From NCBI GenBank assembly GCA_012295275.1, contig CM022676.1, forward strand, positions 14,012,001-14,076,000: a stretch of 64,000 nt of DNA. The letters run 5' to 3'. A model generated the notes under the pieces. That model did no database searches. It was not told the DNA's origin and worked only from the letters and a program-made list of their open reading frames with translations. Made by a program: the position numbers and the translations under genes. The number at the start of each line of letters is the position of its first letter. Within the stretch, counting starts at the first letter, position 1. The stretch comes from Chrysomallon squamiferum (taxonomy: Eukaryota; Animalia; Mollusca). Positions 19,315-50,429 of this stretch are shown one piece after another.

Positions 19315-19760
19315 TTATTTTTTATTATTATTATTTATTATTATTATTATTTGTTTAACGGCCGTTGGTGTATATCTGATCAGACGCCTGTTAAGTAACG
19401 TATCACTTTGTACACACGTATAAATGTTTGCATCTCTTTTTATCTGTGCATCTAATATGCATGCACATAAAACATTTATTTTTCTATTATTTGTATTTAA
19501 TAACGATAACATTTACAAAAATAAATAAGTAATTAGGAATAGTATTAATAAAAGAGTTATGATTAATACTAACAGATGAATATTAAAAAAAACGATAAAA
19601 GTAAAGAAGAAAAAATACAACCAAACCAAAACAAAACGAAGATAAATGAAGTAAAGGAAAAATAAAAAAAAAAATAAGTTGAAATAAGATGGCTAAAGAA
19701 GAAACTGGAAGAAAGAAAAACACGAAGAAAAGAAGTAAAATGTAACGTATCAACTTACTA

Positions 19761-26943
<7,183 letters not shown>

Positions 26944-27697
26944 GATTTCTGCACTTAACTGAATTATTTTTTCTTTACAGCTTATTTTTGTCTTTTGTCT
27001 TCCTTCTGTTTAGCCTTTCTTTGAAACGCTTGTTTTGACGTTTTGTTGTGTTTCCAATATTTAAAAATCTGAAATTTTGAGGACTGCAAGAAAGTTAACA
27101 AGTAAAAGAATTCAAAGAATTTCAAAATTTGGAGGTCGTTGCCGTCTTTTTCTGTTTACTCTTTATTCCAGTGTTCAGATGTTTATCAGAATGTTCCCTC
27201 ATAATAAGATTTACTTTCACGTGTTTTCTGTGAGACGTAACCGAATATCTGTCACTTCTCACGTGAGTAGACTAGTTGCACAGTTTTATTCTCGATCACT
27301 TTTCTTTTAGCTGAAAACAAGAAAACAGGCACGTTTTAAATCTTTCTTTGTTTTATTTTTTCTTCTGAATTTTTCACTTGACGATCAGTTGACTTCTCGA
27401 GATGTAACACGACTAATGATTATTGTATGACACACAGTAAGACACTGTAAATAGCAGATATCTGCGTTAACTTCCTGATTTTCTCTCATCCTGTCATCAC
27501 TTACAACATACAGGACGTGACCTTTGTTACACGTAGACAAAAGAGGGTTGTGGTTTACGAGATGGAGGAAGGGCAACAGTTGTCAGGAGGTTTGACAATG
27601 AAGAGTCTGGAGTTACATTCTATGACGATGACGATGATGATAAGAATTATAAAAAATGAAGATGATAAACAACAACAACAATAATAATAATAATAAC

Positions 27698-27747
<50 letters not shown>

Positions 27748-28242
27748 GAGTAAGAAAAAGAAGAAGAAGAAGTAAAAGAAGAAGAAGAAGAAGAAGAAAT
27801 AGCATTCTTGTCATATTTATTTCCGTTTGATGTCATTGTTACATCAAAACAAGAAACAAATATCAAATATGAGCCGCCGTATTGTTTATGGTCACGTCAC
27901 TAAACAACTTGGACACAACATAAAGCGAAATTCACAGATGGGCTCAGTCATTTAATCACCACAGAGAAATTTCATAACAATAAAATAAGCATCACAAATC
28001 ACACAAGTAAAAATAACTGTGACACAAACATTACAAATCACACAAGTAAAAATAACTATAACACACTCATTACAAATATTTTTCAATGTTTCACTGAATT
28101 CGCATAATAACGGTTATTTAATGAAAACAACGACATCTCTGATGTTATTAATGTTACATAGTCAGGAAGGAGAAGTTCACAATCAACTATTTCAGAGTCA
28201 GTTGTTAACTACCACTATGACATTCATAATTAAACCCCTAAA

Positions 28243-28560
28243 AATCAGTGTTGTTCACAACTACAAGTATAGAAATCAGTGTTGTTCACAACTACAAGTA
28301 TAGAAATCAGTGTTGTTCACAACTACAAGTATAGAAATCAGTGCTGTTCACAACTACAAGTATAGAAATCAGTACTGTTCACAACTACAAGTATAGAAAT
28401 CATTATAGTTCAAAACTACAACTCTAGAAATTAGTGTTTTTCAAAACTACAACCAAAGAAATCAGTGTCGTCATAGCTCCAACTTTAAAAATCAGTGACC
28501 TTCATAGCTACAAATCTACAAATCAGTGGCGTCCGTAGCTACAACTCTAGAGATCAATAC
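28243..28560. repeat. 31-bp tandem repeat, ~10 decaying units
   Basis: Unit aaatcagtgttgttcacaactacaagtatag. Confidence 0.85.
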
Positions 28561-29122
28561 AGTTAACTGTGTAGTGTTGTATGTCGTTTACAGACATAGT
28601 TTTATAGCACACTCAAGGAAACACGATCACTTTGTCACATCTAAAATACGTGTGACGTAAACACAGAAAAACTATATTTCTTGACAACTCTATAGAAAAA
28701 TGAAAGTGAGAAAAGCAAGATTTTACTTTCTCATATTGTTCAGTATCAGGTACTGAATCGCTTCTTGTGTTATCTGTATTAATAGTATAAATACCGTAAC
28801 CTGCAAAAATGCTAATACTTTTACCACTGCTCTGCTGTATACAAATAATACTTTCAGCTTGTATAATCAAAAAAAGAAAGAAAAGAACATTTAAAAGAAA
28901 AGAAGAAGAAGACAATGAAGAAGAAAAAGAAGTAGAAAACAACAAAAAGAACAAATGATAAATAACTGAACAAATATTGTACTTTATTTATGTGCAAAAT
29001 TCGTCTCGAAACAAATATTTATGATAATATATAATACATAAGCAGAGTGTAATAATTTTATGCAGAATAATAATTTTTAAAAATCTGATCTTCTTCCTAT
29101 TTTAATTAAAAGTAATAAATAC

Positions 29123-29168
<46 letters not shown>

Positions 29169-29409
29169 TTCGGCAATACACTCATAATATGCTTGTGTCT
29201 CTGACTAACTGACTAACTGTCTCTCTCTATCTGTATCACAGACACCCAGTTGTGTTTGAGTCAAAATTAACAGCTAAATCAGCTATCATTGAAAGAAAAC
29301 AATGACAGAAAAAACAAAATACAACTATTAGAAATAATAATAATAATAATAATAATAATTATAATAATAATAATAATAATATTAATAATAATAATAACAG
29401 TGATATTAA

Positions 29410-29449
<40 letters not shown>

Positions 29450-29666
29450 GTAATAATAACAGCAGTTATAATAATAATTACAACAACATCAAGAAAAAGA
29501 ATACTGACAACGTCCACAGTGAGAATAACAGAAAAACGCAAACAAAAACATTAAAGAAAAATAACAAAACAATTACAGTAATTAATTAGATGTCGGAACA
29601 TAAATATTAATAGAGAATTATCTACAAAGTTCTTGTTTGCTGATATTCATTTTTCAGTTGTTGTTA

Positions 29667-30360
29667 TTAAATAACCCTTTCTAAAGTTCTTTCCTGGGAT
29701 TGCAAGAGAATTTGGAGAAACGCATTGACAACCCTTTCATCTGTTTGTTTTTGTTTCCACATCTTTCGTTCATTTGAAAACTGAAAATATAATATTAATT
29801 AATTATAGTATGAAAAATGCTACAAATAACTGAATGAAACTCATTAATTACGAGAAAATTACTTTTAAATAAATAAATTATTAAATCAACAAAGACACAA
29901 GAAAACAGACTAGCAAAAGTTAGTGAAGAGATAAGTAAATTAATGTTCATTAAAAATGTATACAAGTACATATACTCTACACACACACACGCACATACAC
30001 AAACAACACAAAACACAGACACACACAAAAAAGGTACTAAATTTATAATGTAGTATTACTTTATATTCAGATATACTAATAAAAACAGACACACATACAG
30101 ACACACATACACAGATACTCAGACTCACACACAAAAGTACTTACACTACGACGTAGTTCACTGATCTGTGTGTAGACGTCTGAAAAGTCGTCAGTGAAGT
30201 AGTTTTCTCTTTCCTCTGTTCTAACGTCCTCTATGTCGACGTACACCCCGGCGACGTCATCATCAGCGTCGTCTCGTGTTTCCTTACTGTAAACATCTAC
30301 TGATGTGTTCAACTCACATTTCAGTAGCTTGACGCCCGACAAATCATTTCCCGAGTTTCT
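29667..30360 (-). pseudogene. Truncated paralogous receptor tail (gene D): Tyr-motif exon ~30360-30145 plus putative last exon 29780-29667
   Basis: ...VDVYSKE...GVYVDI...SDVYTQISELRRS|gtaagt resembles gene C LYGKE...SDLYTQV; no usable acceptor, and the 5' part abuts the SRCR segment. Confidence 0.6.
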
Positions 30361-30523
30361 GTCTTTGGAGCATCTCAGTTTGGTCAAGGCAGTGGACCTA
30401 TTTGGCTTGATGGACGTGAATGTAAGGGAGATGAAGAAAGTGTAGACTATTGTTCATTCTCTACTTGGGGTGAAAACAACTGTAGTCATAATCAAGACGT
30501 GGGAATCAGCTGATTGAGTCACA
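30358..30523 (+). pseudogene. SRCR (scavenger receptor cysteine-rich) domain C-terminal half, pseudo-exon copy 1
   Basis: FGASQFGQGSGPIWLDGRECKGDEESVDYCSFSTWGENNCSHNQDVGIS* matches the SRCR signature; last Cys is TGA (30511-30513); gtaagt donor at 30524. Confidence 0.9.
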
Positions 30524-30925
30524 GTAAGTACTGAAGCAGTGAGATATAGAATTAGTAAAACTAATAAACATGATAAAATATTTAGTTAATGGATTAAACA
30601 TAACCAATCTAGGAGATGTAGCAAAATAAATCTGAAGAATTATGTTAATTAGGTCATCATATCTGTTATTGTAACTGGTGTATTTTCTATGTATGATGTT
30701 GTCATGGCTCATATCAGATTATGACAGTATTAAATGTATGAAATGTTTATGAATGACAAATGGAAAATGTAGTCCTGATTTGAAACTGCTGCTTAAGCAT
30801 TTTTGTAACTGAAACTGTCCACTTAGCTATATCTTTAGTGTAGTTCAAACTTAATGCTGTTTAATAAACATATTATTTTTGTTACTTGTTTATACAAAGA
30901 GGTTTGACAACCAATAAATTACTTA

Positions 30926-31287
30926 CAAACATACATTGTCACTGTAATCATTTCACTGTATTCTAAGAAACTGCTTTTATTTGCTCTTAATATCCTTTAT
31001 GTTTTCTACTCTGAAAATCCTCCATTTGTTGTCAGTGAAACTACACTCTCCCAATGAAACACAAACTGTTTTTGAACTTGGTTCTTCAGTGTTGACATTT
31101 GTGAATTCTGGATTCAGTGTTTGCCTTTTTCTCTGTTGCACTGGTTTTGTTCTCATTGATTCATCAATTTGATATTGTTTCTCACTTGTCACTGATCAGT
31201 ATGCTGAATGACACTTCTTTCTGTCTGAGTGTTCACTTGCAGAAAAACATCTCTCTGTGTCAGTGCTCATACTGCTCATTATCACTT
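30926..31287 (-). pseudogene. Decayed exon of an unidentified gene (second copy ~40005-40429)
   Basis: ctcctag| acceptor and gtaagt donor enclose an E/K/S-rich frame with internal stops; one stop is shared by both copies. Confidence 0.35.
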
Positions 31288-31990
31288 CTAGGAGATACAG
31301 GCATTTAGAAAATTATGACAGGGATCAATTAATTCAAACTGAGAGTAATTTATTATATTTTCATTAGATAAACAACATGTGAACAGTTGTACAGCATAAA
31401 TACATCCATCCATTCATATATCATTTTTCTTTATATTTCCTCTTTGATATCTATATATGTGTATATATAAATTAATTTTGTTTCAAATTTTATCACCATT
31501 AATATTTATAATTTTACTCTTAATAATTACTGATAAAATCTTCACTATTTTGTTTTTATTTCTTAATTATTATTTTAAAGAAAATGTTATTCTTATTTAG
31601 TTATTGACACAATCTGAATTGTTTCATTTTGATTTGTTTGTCCCATTAATCTTGTATAATGATTACAATAGCTTATTATACGCTATGTATTTAAGTATTT
31701 AACTGATTTTAAATTTATTTTTCTCTACAGAGAATATGAAATTCTTTCCTGCAGTACTGGGGATGTTGTGTTTTACCACAAACACCTGTGGCCAAAACAG
31801 TTAAATGTGTCACTGTTGATGAAGAACGTAACTTGTTAAAGCTAAGTTTTAAAAACTTACGAAGAACTGATAATGTTCATGTATGCTTGTTATGGACCAG
31901 GTATCTGATGAGTGTTAAAGTGTGAGAGAAATGTTCCTTCAGTTTGTTGTTGTTGTTGAGATTTTCGCAGTATTTATTATTATAAACTAA

Positions 31991-33161
31991 AGGGTCATTC
32001 CGTGTCAAATCACCCAATAATTTAATCCCGACCGTCTCAGATTTGTATACTGATATACTTGTTGACTGGGATCCCACAGCACCAAATCTGAAATTTTAGC
32101 CCAATCAGACCAGTGGTATGGGAGATATGGCCCATCGAATTTTGATATTTTGGGCAAAAATGGGCGTCACCAACCTTAGAACCCTCATATATCAGGAACT
32201 ACTGGGCCAATCTTCATAAAATTGGTATTGTTAGAAAGGCAAAATGACAAGGATTCCTGGGTGTAATATTTTTTGTTTAGCCACAATACAGATTTAAAAA
32301 CGCACATACATGAAAATAACTCCTTTTCAGCCATTAACATCTGATTAACTAAAACCTGAATGATCAATTCTGGATGCTAGGAATCACTGTTTTTCTTGAA
32401 CATCGAGTAAGACACTGTATGCCTACATGTATGCATAAAGTTCACATATAAAAGTTTCCTGGGTGTAATATTTTTTGTTTAGCCACAATATAGATTTAAA
32501 AACGCATATACATGAAAATAACTCCTTTTCAGCCATTAACATCTGATTAACTAAAACCTGAATGATCAATTCTGGATGCTAGGAATCACTGTTTTTCTTG
32601 AACATCGAGTAAGACACTGTATGCCTACATGTATGCATAAAGTTCACATATCAAAGTTTCCTGGGTGTAATATTTTTTGTTTAGCCATAATAGAGATTTA
32701 AAAAATGCGTACCTGCATCGATGATTGATACAATGCATTACAATGTACATTTTCTCTGAGACCAAATTCTCATCTTTGGAGTTAAAACCCACCTGACATG
32801 CCTGAAAAGATGCCAAATGGCATGACATGTTCTACACAATCAGACTCAAAGGGTTAACAGGAAGTGATCCTTCAGGCAGGTCAGCAACTCCTTTAGATCC
32901 CCTCGTGCAATACCCATTGAGCACATGGCAATTAGAAGTTTAAGACAAAGAAGTTTCTTTATCTGCATTTCTTTGACAATCTGAAGGTTTTTAAGTGGAC
33001 ACAATGTCAGATGCTGATAAGTAAGCATTGTTTTCTTCATAAAACCTGTTAAGTAATTTTATCATGTCATGTGGCCTTGCCATTGGTTTTGAACAAGGTT
33101 TCAGTCAACATCAGTACAACCCAGCCTGATATCAGACGTCATCAAGTGATGTGTTGCATAA
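31991..33161. mobile_element. DNA-transposon-like insertion in duplication copy 1, family unassigned, with an internal 202-bp tandem repeat
   Basis: Starts AGGGTCATTCCGTGTCAAATCACC exactly where colinearity with copy 2 breaks (31990/41130); repeat anchors at 32256, 32458, 32660; no second TIR seen. Confidence 0.55.
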
Positions 33162-33962
33162 TGCATTAAAAATATCTAATTAAAATTAATTGACCTTTAT
33201 TCAGTTTCAGGATTTGAGATTCCATCTGTAATATTCTGAATGTATCGAGGTTTTATCTAGTAAAATAAATCATGAGTTTTTGTGGAAGGAACAGAGGAGG
33301 AGAGGTGTCTAAAATCTTCTAGTATATTTTTATAAAGTGTTGTGGATTGCAGGAGATTAAAACTTAGCTAGTGTAAAGGACTCAGCTGTTAGTGGTTTGG
33401 TACATGATCCTTATTAATGAAAAGACAAAGATTATCCACTGATGTCCATGTCTGTCTTTGTGTGTGAGAGAAAAGGGGAGAGAGACAGTGTTAGTGTGTG
33501 TTTCTGTTTGTATATGAGAGAGAGAGGGAGAGAGAGAGAGATGTTACAAATGACCACACAAATAATGTATGTACGTATTATTTTGATAGACTTATTGATT
33601 GTTGATAATAAATAAAGGAAAACTTAGCAATAAATAAATAAATAAGCAAATAAATAAATAAATAAGTAATTTAATAAATAAATAAATAATGACTATAGAG
33701 CAAGAGCAAGAGTATTGGTAGGTTAAATCAAAGAAAACCAAAAAAATACCCGAAATACGAAAAACATGACTGCATATTAAATTTGATATCTCACTAGAGT
33801 TCTTAGACTCGTGTTTTAAATCCAGGTATTAGAGATTATGTTTTATCCTTTGTTTACTGTGCACTTTGAAGTTATTTTGAACAAGGGACTGATTCACAAT
33901 AATTTACTAGGCGGGTGATAGGGCCGGTACTGATATTTGTAGAGAGAGAGAGAGAAACGGAG

Positions 33963-34072
<110 letters not shown>

Positions 34073-37000
34073 GTAGACAGCTATGTTCATATATTTTCGT
34101 ATTTAAACACGTAAAAAGAATACAAAAAGGAATCTTTAATATCAGCAGTAAGTATATTGAGTCATGAATGCGATATTAGTATTTTCTTTTGTACTCTTTC
34201 ATCTTTCTTTTTATTGAAAATAATTACTCTGCTTTTTGCTATTTTCTTACATGCAGACAAATATAAATGAATAGCAACTGGTAACTAAGATTTACAGTTG
34301 TTCATGATTTAAACATATTTCAAACTAAAATATAGAGAGCTAAATATTCATTCTAAAATATTAAAAGTGATAAGGATATTAAAACTGTAATTGAGACATA
34401 GGATCCCCGTACCTTTAATTTTCAGAGTAAACATTGACAGCACATTATCTGTATTTCTAGGATTTAAAAAAAAAAAAGGAAACAAAAATTACAGAGGAAG
34501 TAATATCTATTGATAGTATTTGATGACAAGCTTATTTCTCTATTTCACATCTTGAGCTGGTCAGTATTACTTAAACATCTCACAGCTGTTTTCTGTTCTG
34601 CTACAGATACACACGTCAGTAACAATGAAATGATTCAAACACAACTTGCACAGCTCAGTGTAATGTGACACACAAGTTTATCTGTATTCTCAAACAACTT
34701 AGATCAGAGAAAATTGTTAGTGACAAGGCAGTGGGTATGTTGCTGATCTCAAGTGACAGACATTGATGAGAGTGAAGATCCTAATACTTTAACAAAAGTT
34801 GTTAAAAAAAATTAATAATAAGTGGAGAATATTTAAATAAATCAAATGTGATTCTTTGAAAACTAATATAACATTTCAGATGCCAGTGTGAAACAAATAC
34901 AGTAAACATTGAATATAGATTTTAATGGAAAGAAGTTGTTCTTTTTTATTTTTATTATCATTATTCTCAGATGATATAAAAAAAATTCGCACAACATCAG
35001 AAGAAATAATTGTTTTCAGATACGACTTAACCTGAACTAATCCAAGCAGTTTACTGCAAATGTTTTGAATTTTTTTTTTCCAAAATTACTTATATTCCTA
35101 AGAAAATTAAAATATTTTTTAAAACAATTACAAGACAATTCGATTTTGTGATTTGAAATATTTCTCACTATTATTATTATTTATACACGGTATAAAGATA
35201 CAGATAATTAGTTTATTTCATGATATTACCATGGACTTCCAATTAAATTTCTATTGAATGTTAAATATTAGGTATTAGACAACTGTCTGTTTTATGTAGC
35301 TTCTCACAGGTAAGAATATCCCCAAAGACTTAATCACTGAACTGTAGTCCAAATCATTCAGCTGCAAATGATGAGGCTAGCGTCAGCTGTCTGTTGTTTC
35401 AAACCTGTGTCCTAACATTCTATATATATATATATATATATAAACATATATAAATGCTGTCTGGTTATATCAGTGAAATTACCTACATAAATGTGCACAT
35501 GCATACACATAAGAATACACACAAACAGTTTATATTATACATGGACACAAAAAGATGTAAATAAGAATTGTCATCACTTCAAGGGCTACTCTACAGTTAT
35601 CAGCAAAGAATCAATGATATGCACTGTCCCTCAGACAGGAGAGTACATAACATGCTCATTATTATACCAGCTGTGAAGATTACCAAATCTAGCACTCTTG
35701 TCAATAGAAAATTAATATACTGCCTATATTTAGTACTGATTGAGTATTAAATCACAAACACATAAGTTAAACACTGATAGATGAATTTAATCAAGACTGG
35801 GATTGTATTTCTTTTCATACACTGGCTAATTTAATTGTTCTTCAGTACCTGTATAATACAGGATTAAAACCAGAAGATGTTCGATAAAACAATAGTTACA
35901 GTTTGCCTAAGTTTCTCAAGCATTACCAGTTAGACTTTATTCTACGAAATAATCATTATATTACAACAGTGAAGACTACAATTTATTTTGCAAGATTACC
36001 AGAAACACTGTCTAAAGTGGTATTACTAAAATAATAGTAGTTGTCACAAGAAATCACACCAAGGTTAAACAAAAATGACAGAAAAAATATCGCTACCTAC
36101 GTCTTTCTGTATGATACAGTTGTTCCACCAATCTTTCCTAGTACGTAAATAGGTTGGTTTTTGGGTTGTTTTTTTTTTTGTTTGTTTTTTTGTCAGACAA
36201 AATACACATGCAGTTCAGTTTAAACCGTAATGGTTAACATGAAAGTAAATATTTGTGAATGATCACTGTAGTAATTTTTGTTTCAGAAGTTAGGGTCTTT
36301 GAATGAAATTTTAAGTTTTAGAATCATGTCCAGTCATATTCACTAACAATTTACAATTTTTATGCATGAGTAGAAAGTTAAAAAAACAAACACATTTATT
36401 TTTTATTTATTTATTTATTTAATTATTTATTATTATTTCTTAAACTATGAAATCATTTTCCGTCCATAAATTCTTTTAAAATAATCATATATCACTACTT
36501 CTTTACGATGAATAATATTATTTCAGGAACACTATCATTTGGTTAGATGCTCTTGGTCCAGGGACGAAATCAATGTAAACAAATGACAAGGGGAGATAAC
36601 TCTTACACACGATAAACATTATATCCGGCTAGTCTCAGTCTTTTTAAAATTTCAATTGTAGTAGATTATATATAGAGGAATCTGTAAAACACAGTGGTTT
36701 ACACGACTTTCAAAAAAAAAAAAACCCAGAAATGTAGCATAAAATAAGTGTGGGATGTTTCATCTTTCCTCGAAGAGAGAGGCGAACGTTTGGATCAACG
36801 CGTATCATGTCGGTTAGATTGCACACATTTCAATTTGCAGTTATTAGTTAAGAAAAAAGCAAAAAAATAAATTGATGATAAAAAAAAAAAGAAGAAGAAA
36901 ACAAGACCGAAGACCAGCAAATACGTAAAAGAGCTTCCACAAATGAAAGTAGTGGAGCCACGAGAGCAAAACAGCAGTGGATTCACAGGAACATCAGTTA

Positions 37001-38402
37001 CAGACGATGTACACCAGAAAATGAGCAGACACCCAGGTATACAAATTTCAGTTTATTATAGCAAATTTTGAGATGCCAGTTCCAGTAACTGGTATTCAAA
37101 ATGCTATTTATATGTTTGAAAAAAGTGCTGCATTGTACTAAAATAAAGATTGTTTGAGGTTCCGTGCATCGACGTAGCTGTCCTGTTAGAAATCACCTCT
37201 GTGTCAGATTCCTTTGGGCAGGAAATAACACGAGAAAGAGTTAGAACATTTTTTTTAGATAAACCTAACTGGTCGGATCACAGTTTCAATAACAGTTTAA
37301 ACATCTAAGATATAAAACATATTCTGTTTTATTATAAAATAAAGCATGTGCATTTCAGAACTACAGCAAAAATAAAATTTCACATCTATAATGCAATTTA
37401 TTTAAGAAATATTGTTTTGTAGCTCATTCAGTAGCAGTGTTACAGGAAAATCAAATTTATAGTATCTGTTTATTCTGTTATATCATTCTCAAGTTTGATA
37501 TTTTATAATGTTTATTTTGTTTCATACTGATCATTTATTGTTTCAAATGCCTGCAGTGTTGATTAATACAGAATAGTAAATTTTAAAATGTCAATCACCA
37601 TTTCTAGTTTTGTTTACATTCACAATATCAGATATATTTACTTCAGCCATGACAAGCTGAGTTGTCTTATTTTTAGATTTGTTTAGTTCGTTTTAAAGAA
37701 ATCTTTTAAAAATAACAATCCCAATAAAGAATGAAAGCCTTTCATATAAGTTTAAAGTTATTCCTAGTGTGTCATAAATATTTCTTGTCAATATAACATC
37801 ACATTTTACTAGTTCATTCTTTCATCACATATCCATTTATTTCTCATTGACTCATTGTATATACATAAGTTTAGAGTGACAGAGACATACACGAATAATT
37901 TACGTTCATCAGTGCTATTCATTTATTTATATCTTTCTCAGTGGCATTTTAATGTGAGAGTTAAAATGTGAGATTTGAAGCAGAAACATAGTAGTTTTGT
38001 TACTTTGTGTTTGCTTAAATTTGAGTTTATTTCACTTTTCCTGCGGTAGATAAAATCATGGGTAGTTCACATTGTTTGATTTAGACAACTGTTAGTTGTA
38101 ACATCTCTTACTGATGCAGAAAAGCAAAAAAAGTATGGAGAATGACAGAATAACATATATTAAATATTTTTGAAACCATTAAAAATCATTTCCATGAAAT
38201 ACACTTTTTGCTAAGCTTGTTAAAGTCCTGTATATGTACATTTTCTATAATGTTTGAAAAATAAATTCCAAATATTAAAACAGTGATTGTATGTAAGTAA
38301 AACGTCTAAAGTTACATATCAAAAGATTAATATAATAAAATTAATCCTTTCTGAAAATGTCCTTTTATTACCATGGTTTTCTTCTAATAAAATATTTAAT
38401 TA

Positions 38403-38653
38403 CAGGAACCGGACCAATTATCCTGACTCCTTGGGGCCTGAGGCATTCTGGATTTTTGGATTTCCTGGTTTTCTGCTACCAAGGCATCTAAATACATAAA
38501 TAATTAGGCATAAACATTTGAAAATTAAAAACATAAAGAAAATTGACGATACACAACTGTAGCGACTTGACACGTAAACAATTCATGGGAAAAATATTCT
38601 AGTTTTCTGATCTTTCTGGATTTCAGGATGTCAGATATTTGCTCTGGTACCTG
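38403..38653. mobile_element. Small TA-flanked MITE (Tc1/pogo-like)
   Basis: TA|CAGGAACCGGACCAATTATC versus rc TA|CAGGTACCAGAGCAAATATC. Confidence 0.65.
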
Positions 38654-39440
38654 TAATGATTTATATATTTATTTGAACAATATCGTATTTTGATTTTAGT
38701 GCTACATAAAATGATACTGCATACAAAGAACAGCAGATTAAAGCAAACTAACCAAGGGTTACTAACAGCTGTGTTGTTGTCATGTCTCTCCATATACAAG
38801 ATTTAAAAACAAATTTGATATTAAATATGTTTAATTTAATTTAATTTAATAAAGATTAGTTTAATTTTGTATACATCAGAGTAGAGCAACCATTTAGCTG
38901 TAAAATTCAAATGCAAATTGTTGAGACAAATAGTTTGTTCAGTATGAGTAATTTCATGTAAAGTCAATGAAATGTCAATTACTGCTTGATCTTGCCTGTA
39001 AGTATAAGTATTATAATTAAATATGCTGAAAATGAAATTCAGTTACAAAGTTATCAACAAGTGTCATCAAAATATATCAAACTAATTAAAATCTACAATC
39101 CTGAATGAAAGATGTAGAATTCCAGTTTCAAAGAGGAATTAATCCCTTTGAGACAAGGTGATTCTAATGGATATACTTATTGAAATCTAAAATGTTAAAA
39201 AAAAATATCTAAAGCTGCATACAAGTTCTCATGGAATGGGAGAAAGAAAAATGACAAAACACAAATTCAATCTTTTATTCATCTACAGTCTGTCTCCATT
39301 ATTTTTTCACTTTCTGGTTTTGTTTTGTGTGCCAAATATATATATATAACATACTATCACCATTTAAAATTGACCAATCATTGTCATAGTGTTCTAACCC
39401 CTTAGACATAACAAGTACATTAAACATAGGCACTGAGATG

Positions 39441-39493
<53 letters not shown>

Positions 39494-39529
39494 AATCATT
39501 TTCAGCTTTGAAGAAAAATCCTATATTGT

Positions 39530-48340
<8,811 letters not shown>

Positions 48341-49265
48341 TACTGTCTGTAGCAATATAACAATTGTTTTCCTTAAAGTTTATCATTTCCTAGTAAAAAG
48401 CATTTTATATCAAATTATCATTTCTTTTCAGTTTGATGTAGTTTGATTTGGGAATAAATACTGAGATTGTGTTGTATGGAAGCAAGGTAAGTGTTATTTT
48501 CATCTGCATATAATAAATACAGATGAAAATTATTCATTATTTGACTTTTAACAAACACTGAAACAAAAATGTGTTATCCATTGTAATATTAGTTGTGCAA
48601 AGAGCAGCTTTGATTACAGAAAAGGAAAATGTTCAGCTTGATTAAAACTGACAGAAATGAATGGAACAATTGGTCAGAGATCTTATTTTTTACTTTTAGT
48701 ATTGTGTTTAACTGTTTCTTCTTTTCTCATATAAATCTGCTTCTTGCTGTGTTGCAGACTGTTAATCATGAAGGTGGAGCAACGAATAATTCAGATGAGA
48801 AAAAGAAAAATATTTTGATATGTAAGTTGGAATACAGAAAAATAGAACACCATTTACAGGCACTTTGTGCAGGGAGAAAACATCTGGCCCATTACAAGGA
48901 AGAAGATCCACTAGGAACAGCCAAACAGAGACTGAAGATGGCTAATCTGAAGAAAAGAAAGAAACTGATGTGATGTAATGTTCGTGACATTTGTAGCTAC
49001 TGTGAAGTAAGTAGAAATGAAAATAATTTTAGTCATAACTACAAAGTAATAGATTAGTATTTAAGAGGTGAAACCACTCAAACACTAGGAACCTCACTGT
49101 GCTTGAAGCCTTCTGATCTTTTGTGTGAACCACTAGAGTGAACTTGATGTACACATCAAACATGACTCAGAGATTTTGTAGGAACTTTCTCCATCATCAG
49201 GCTTGGTAGTTAGGGTTCTATATTTTATTGCCCATTGTCAGATTAATAACAAACACTAGATTATT

Positions 49266-49740
49266 CTAATCATCTGTCAATTTTGACTTGAAATTTGAGC
49301 CTTGATCAGACTGAATTTCATCTCGTAAATCAGTCATAGTGAAATATTTTATCAGCAATTTTGTTACCACACTAGCTGTCAGCTTACATAATGGGATTGA
49401 CTCTGGGAACCTATTATTCACACACATTATTGTCAGCAGAGAGTGATTACCCTGGCTAGTTCTGGGCAATGGTCTACTAATACTTTTGAGAAAAACAGGT
49501 TCACTGATTGATACCAATTTTAGGGTTGTCAGTCAGGGCAATAACTTGATTTGGTTTCCCAGTTTTCTGACACAACTCACAACTTTTGACAAATTCTTTT
49601 GTCTCATGATAAATTCCTGGCCAACAGAAGTCTGATGCAATGCACTTACACATTTCCACTCACCCCAAATGACCCAGAATTTCCTGTCTGTATATTCTAG
49701 TACTACCACAAATAGTATACTCTGACATATATTTAACATA
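49266..49740 (-). mobile_element. Degenerate Ty3/Gypsy LTR-retrotransposon integrase fragment
   Basis: PLPRTSQGNHSLLTIMC...RFPESIPL...EIQSDQGSNFKS (rve core); upstream WPG...SCELCQKTGKPNQ zinc-finger remnant in another frame. Confidence 0.85.
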
Positions 49741-50229
49741 TTTCTTCAGAGTATACATCTCTGGCAATTCTGAAATATTGACATTACCTTCTGTTCTAAT
49801 AAAACATACAGTTTTCTGACTATCTTTTTTCTAGCATAACAGTTTCAAACAACATGTTCATTCATTTTGCAATATGGACAACTGATAATTGTGTAACATT
49901 TTATTTGAGTTATTTATATATGATTAATTTTTATATATTTAGTTAGCTAGAGTTTGTTGTTTCATTTTATTTATATTGCTGTTTTTTTAAACTTCACTGT
50001 TATTATTATTATTATTGTTATTGTTGTTATTTGAATACTTTTATTTTTATTTCTTTTTTATTATTATTACTTTTCGTCAAATCTCACTTCTGAACAGTTA
50101 ATATTATCTCATTCTGTTTCTAATTAAGCAATAATTAAAAAGTAAACTACCTGAGTTGTGTTTTAAAATTTGATTATTTCAGATGAACTCAATAATACTT
50201 TTTTGTGCCAAGATAATTCTTAAAGTAGC

Positions 50230-50429
50230 NNNNNNNNNNNNNNNNNNNNNNNNNNNNNNNNNNNNNNNNNNNNNNNNNNNNNNNNNNNNNNNNNNNNNNN
50301 NNNNNNNNNNNNNNNNNNNNNNNNNNNNNNNNNNNNNNNNNNNNNNNNNNNNNNNNNNNNNNNNNNNNNNNNNNNNNNNNNNNNNNNNNNNNNNNNNNNN
50401 NNNNNNNNNNNNNNNNNNNNNNNNNNNNN
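50230..50429. other. Assembly gap (200 N)
   Basis: Run of N. Confidence 1.
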
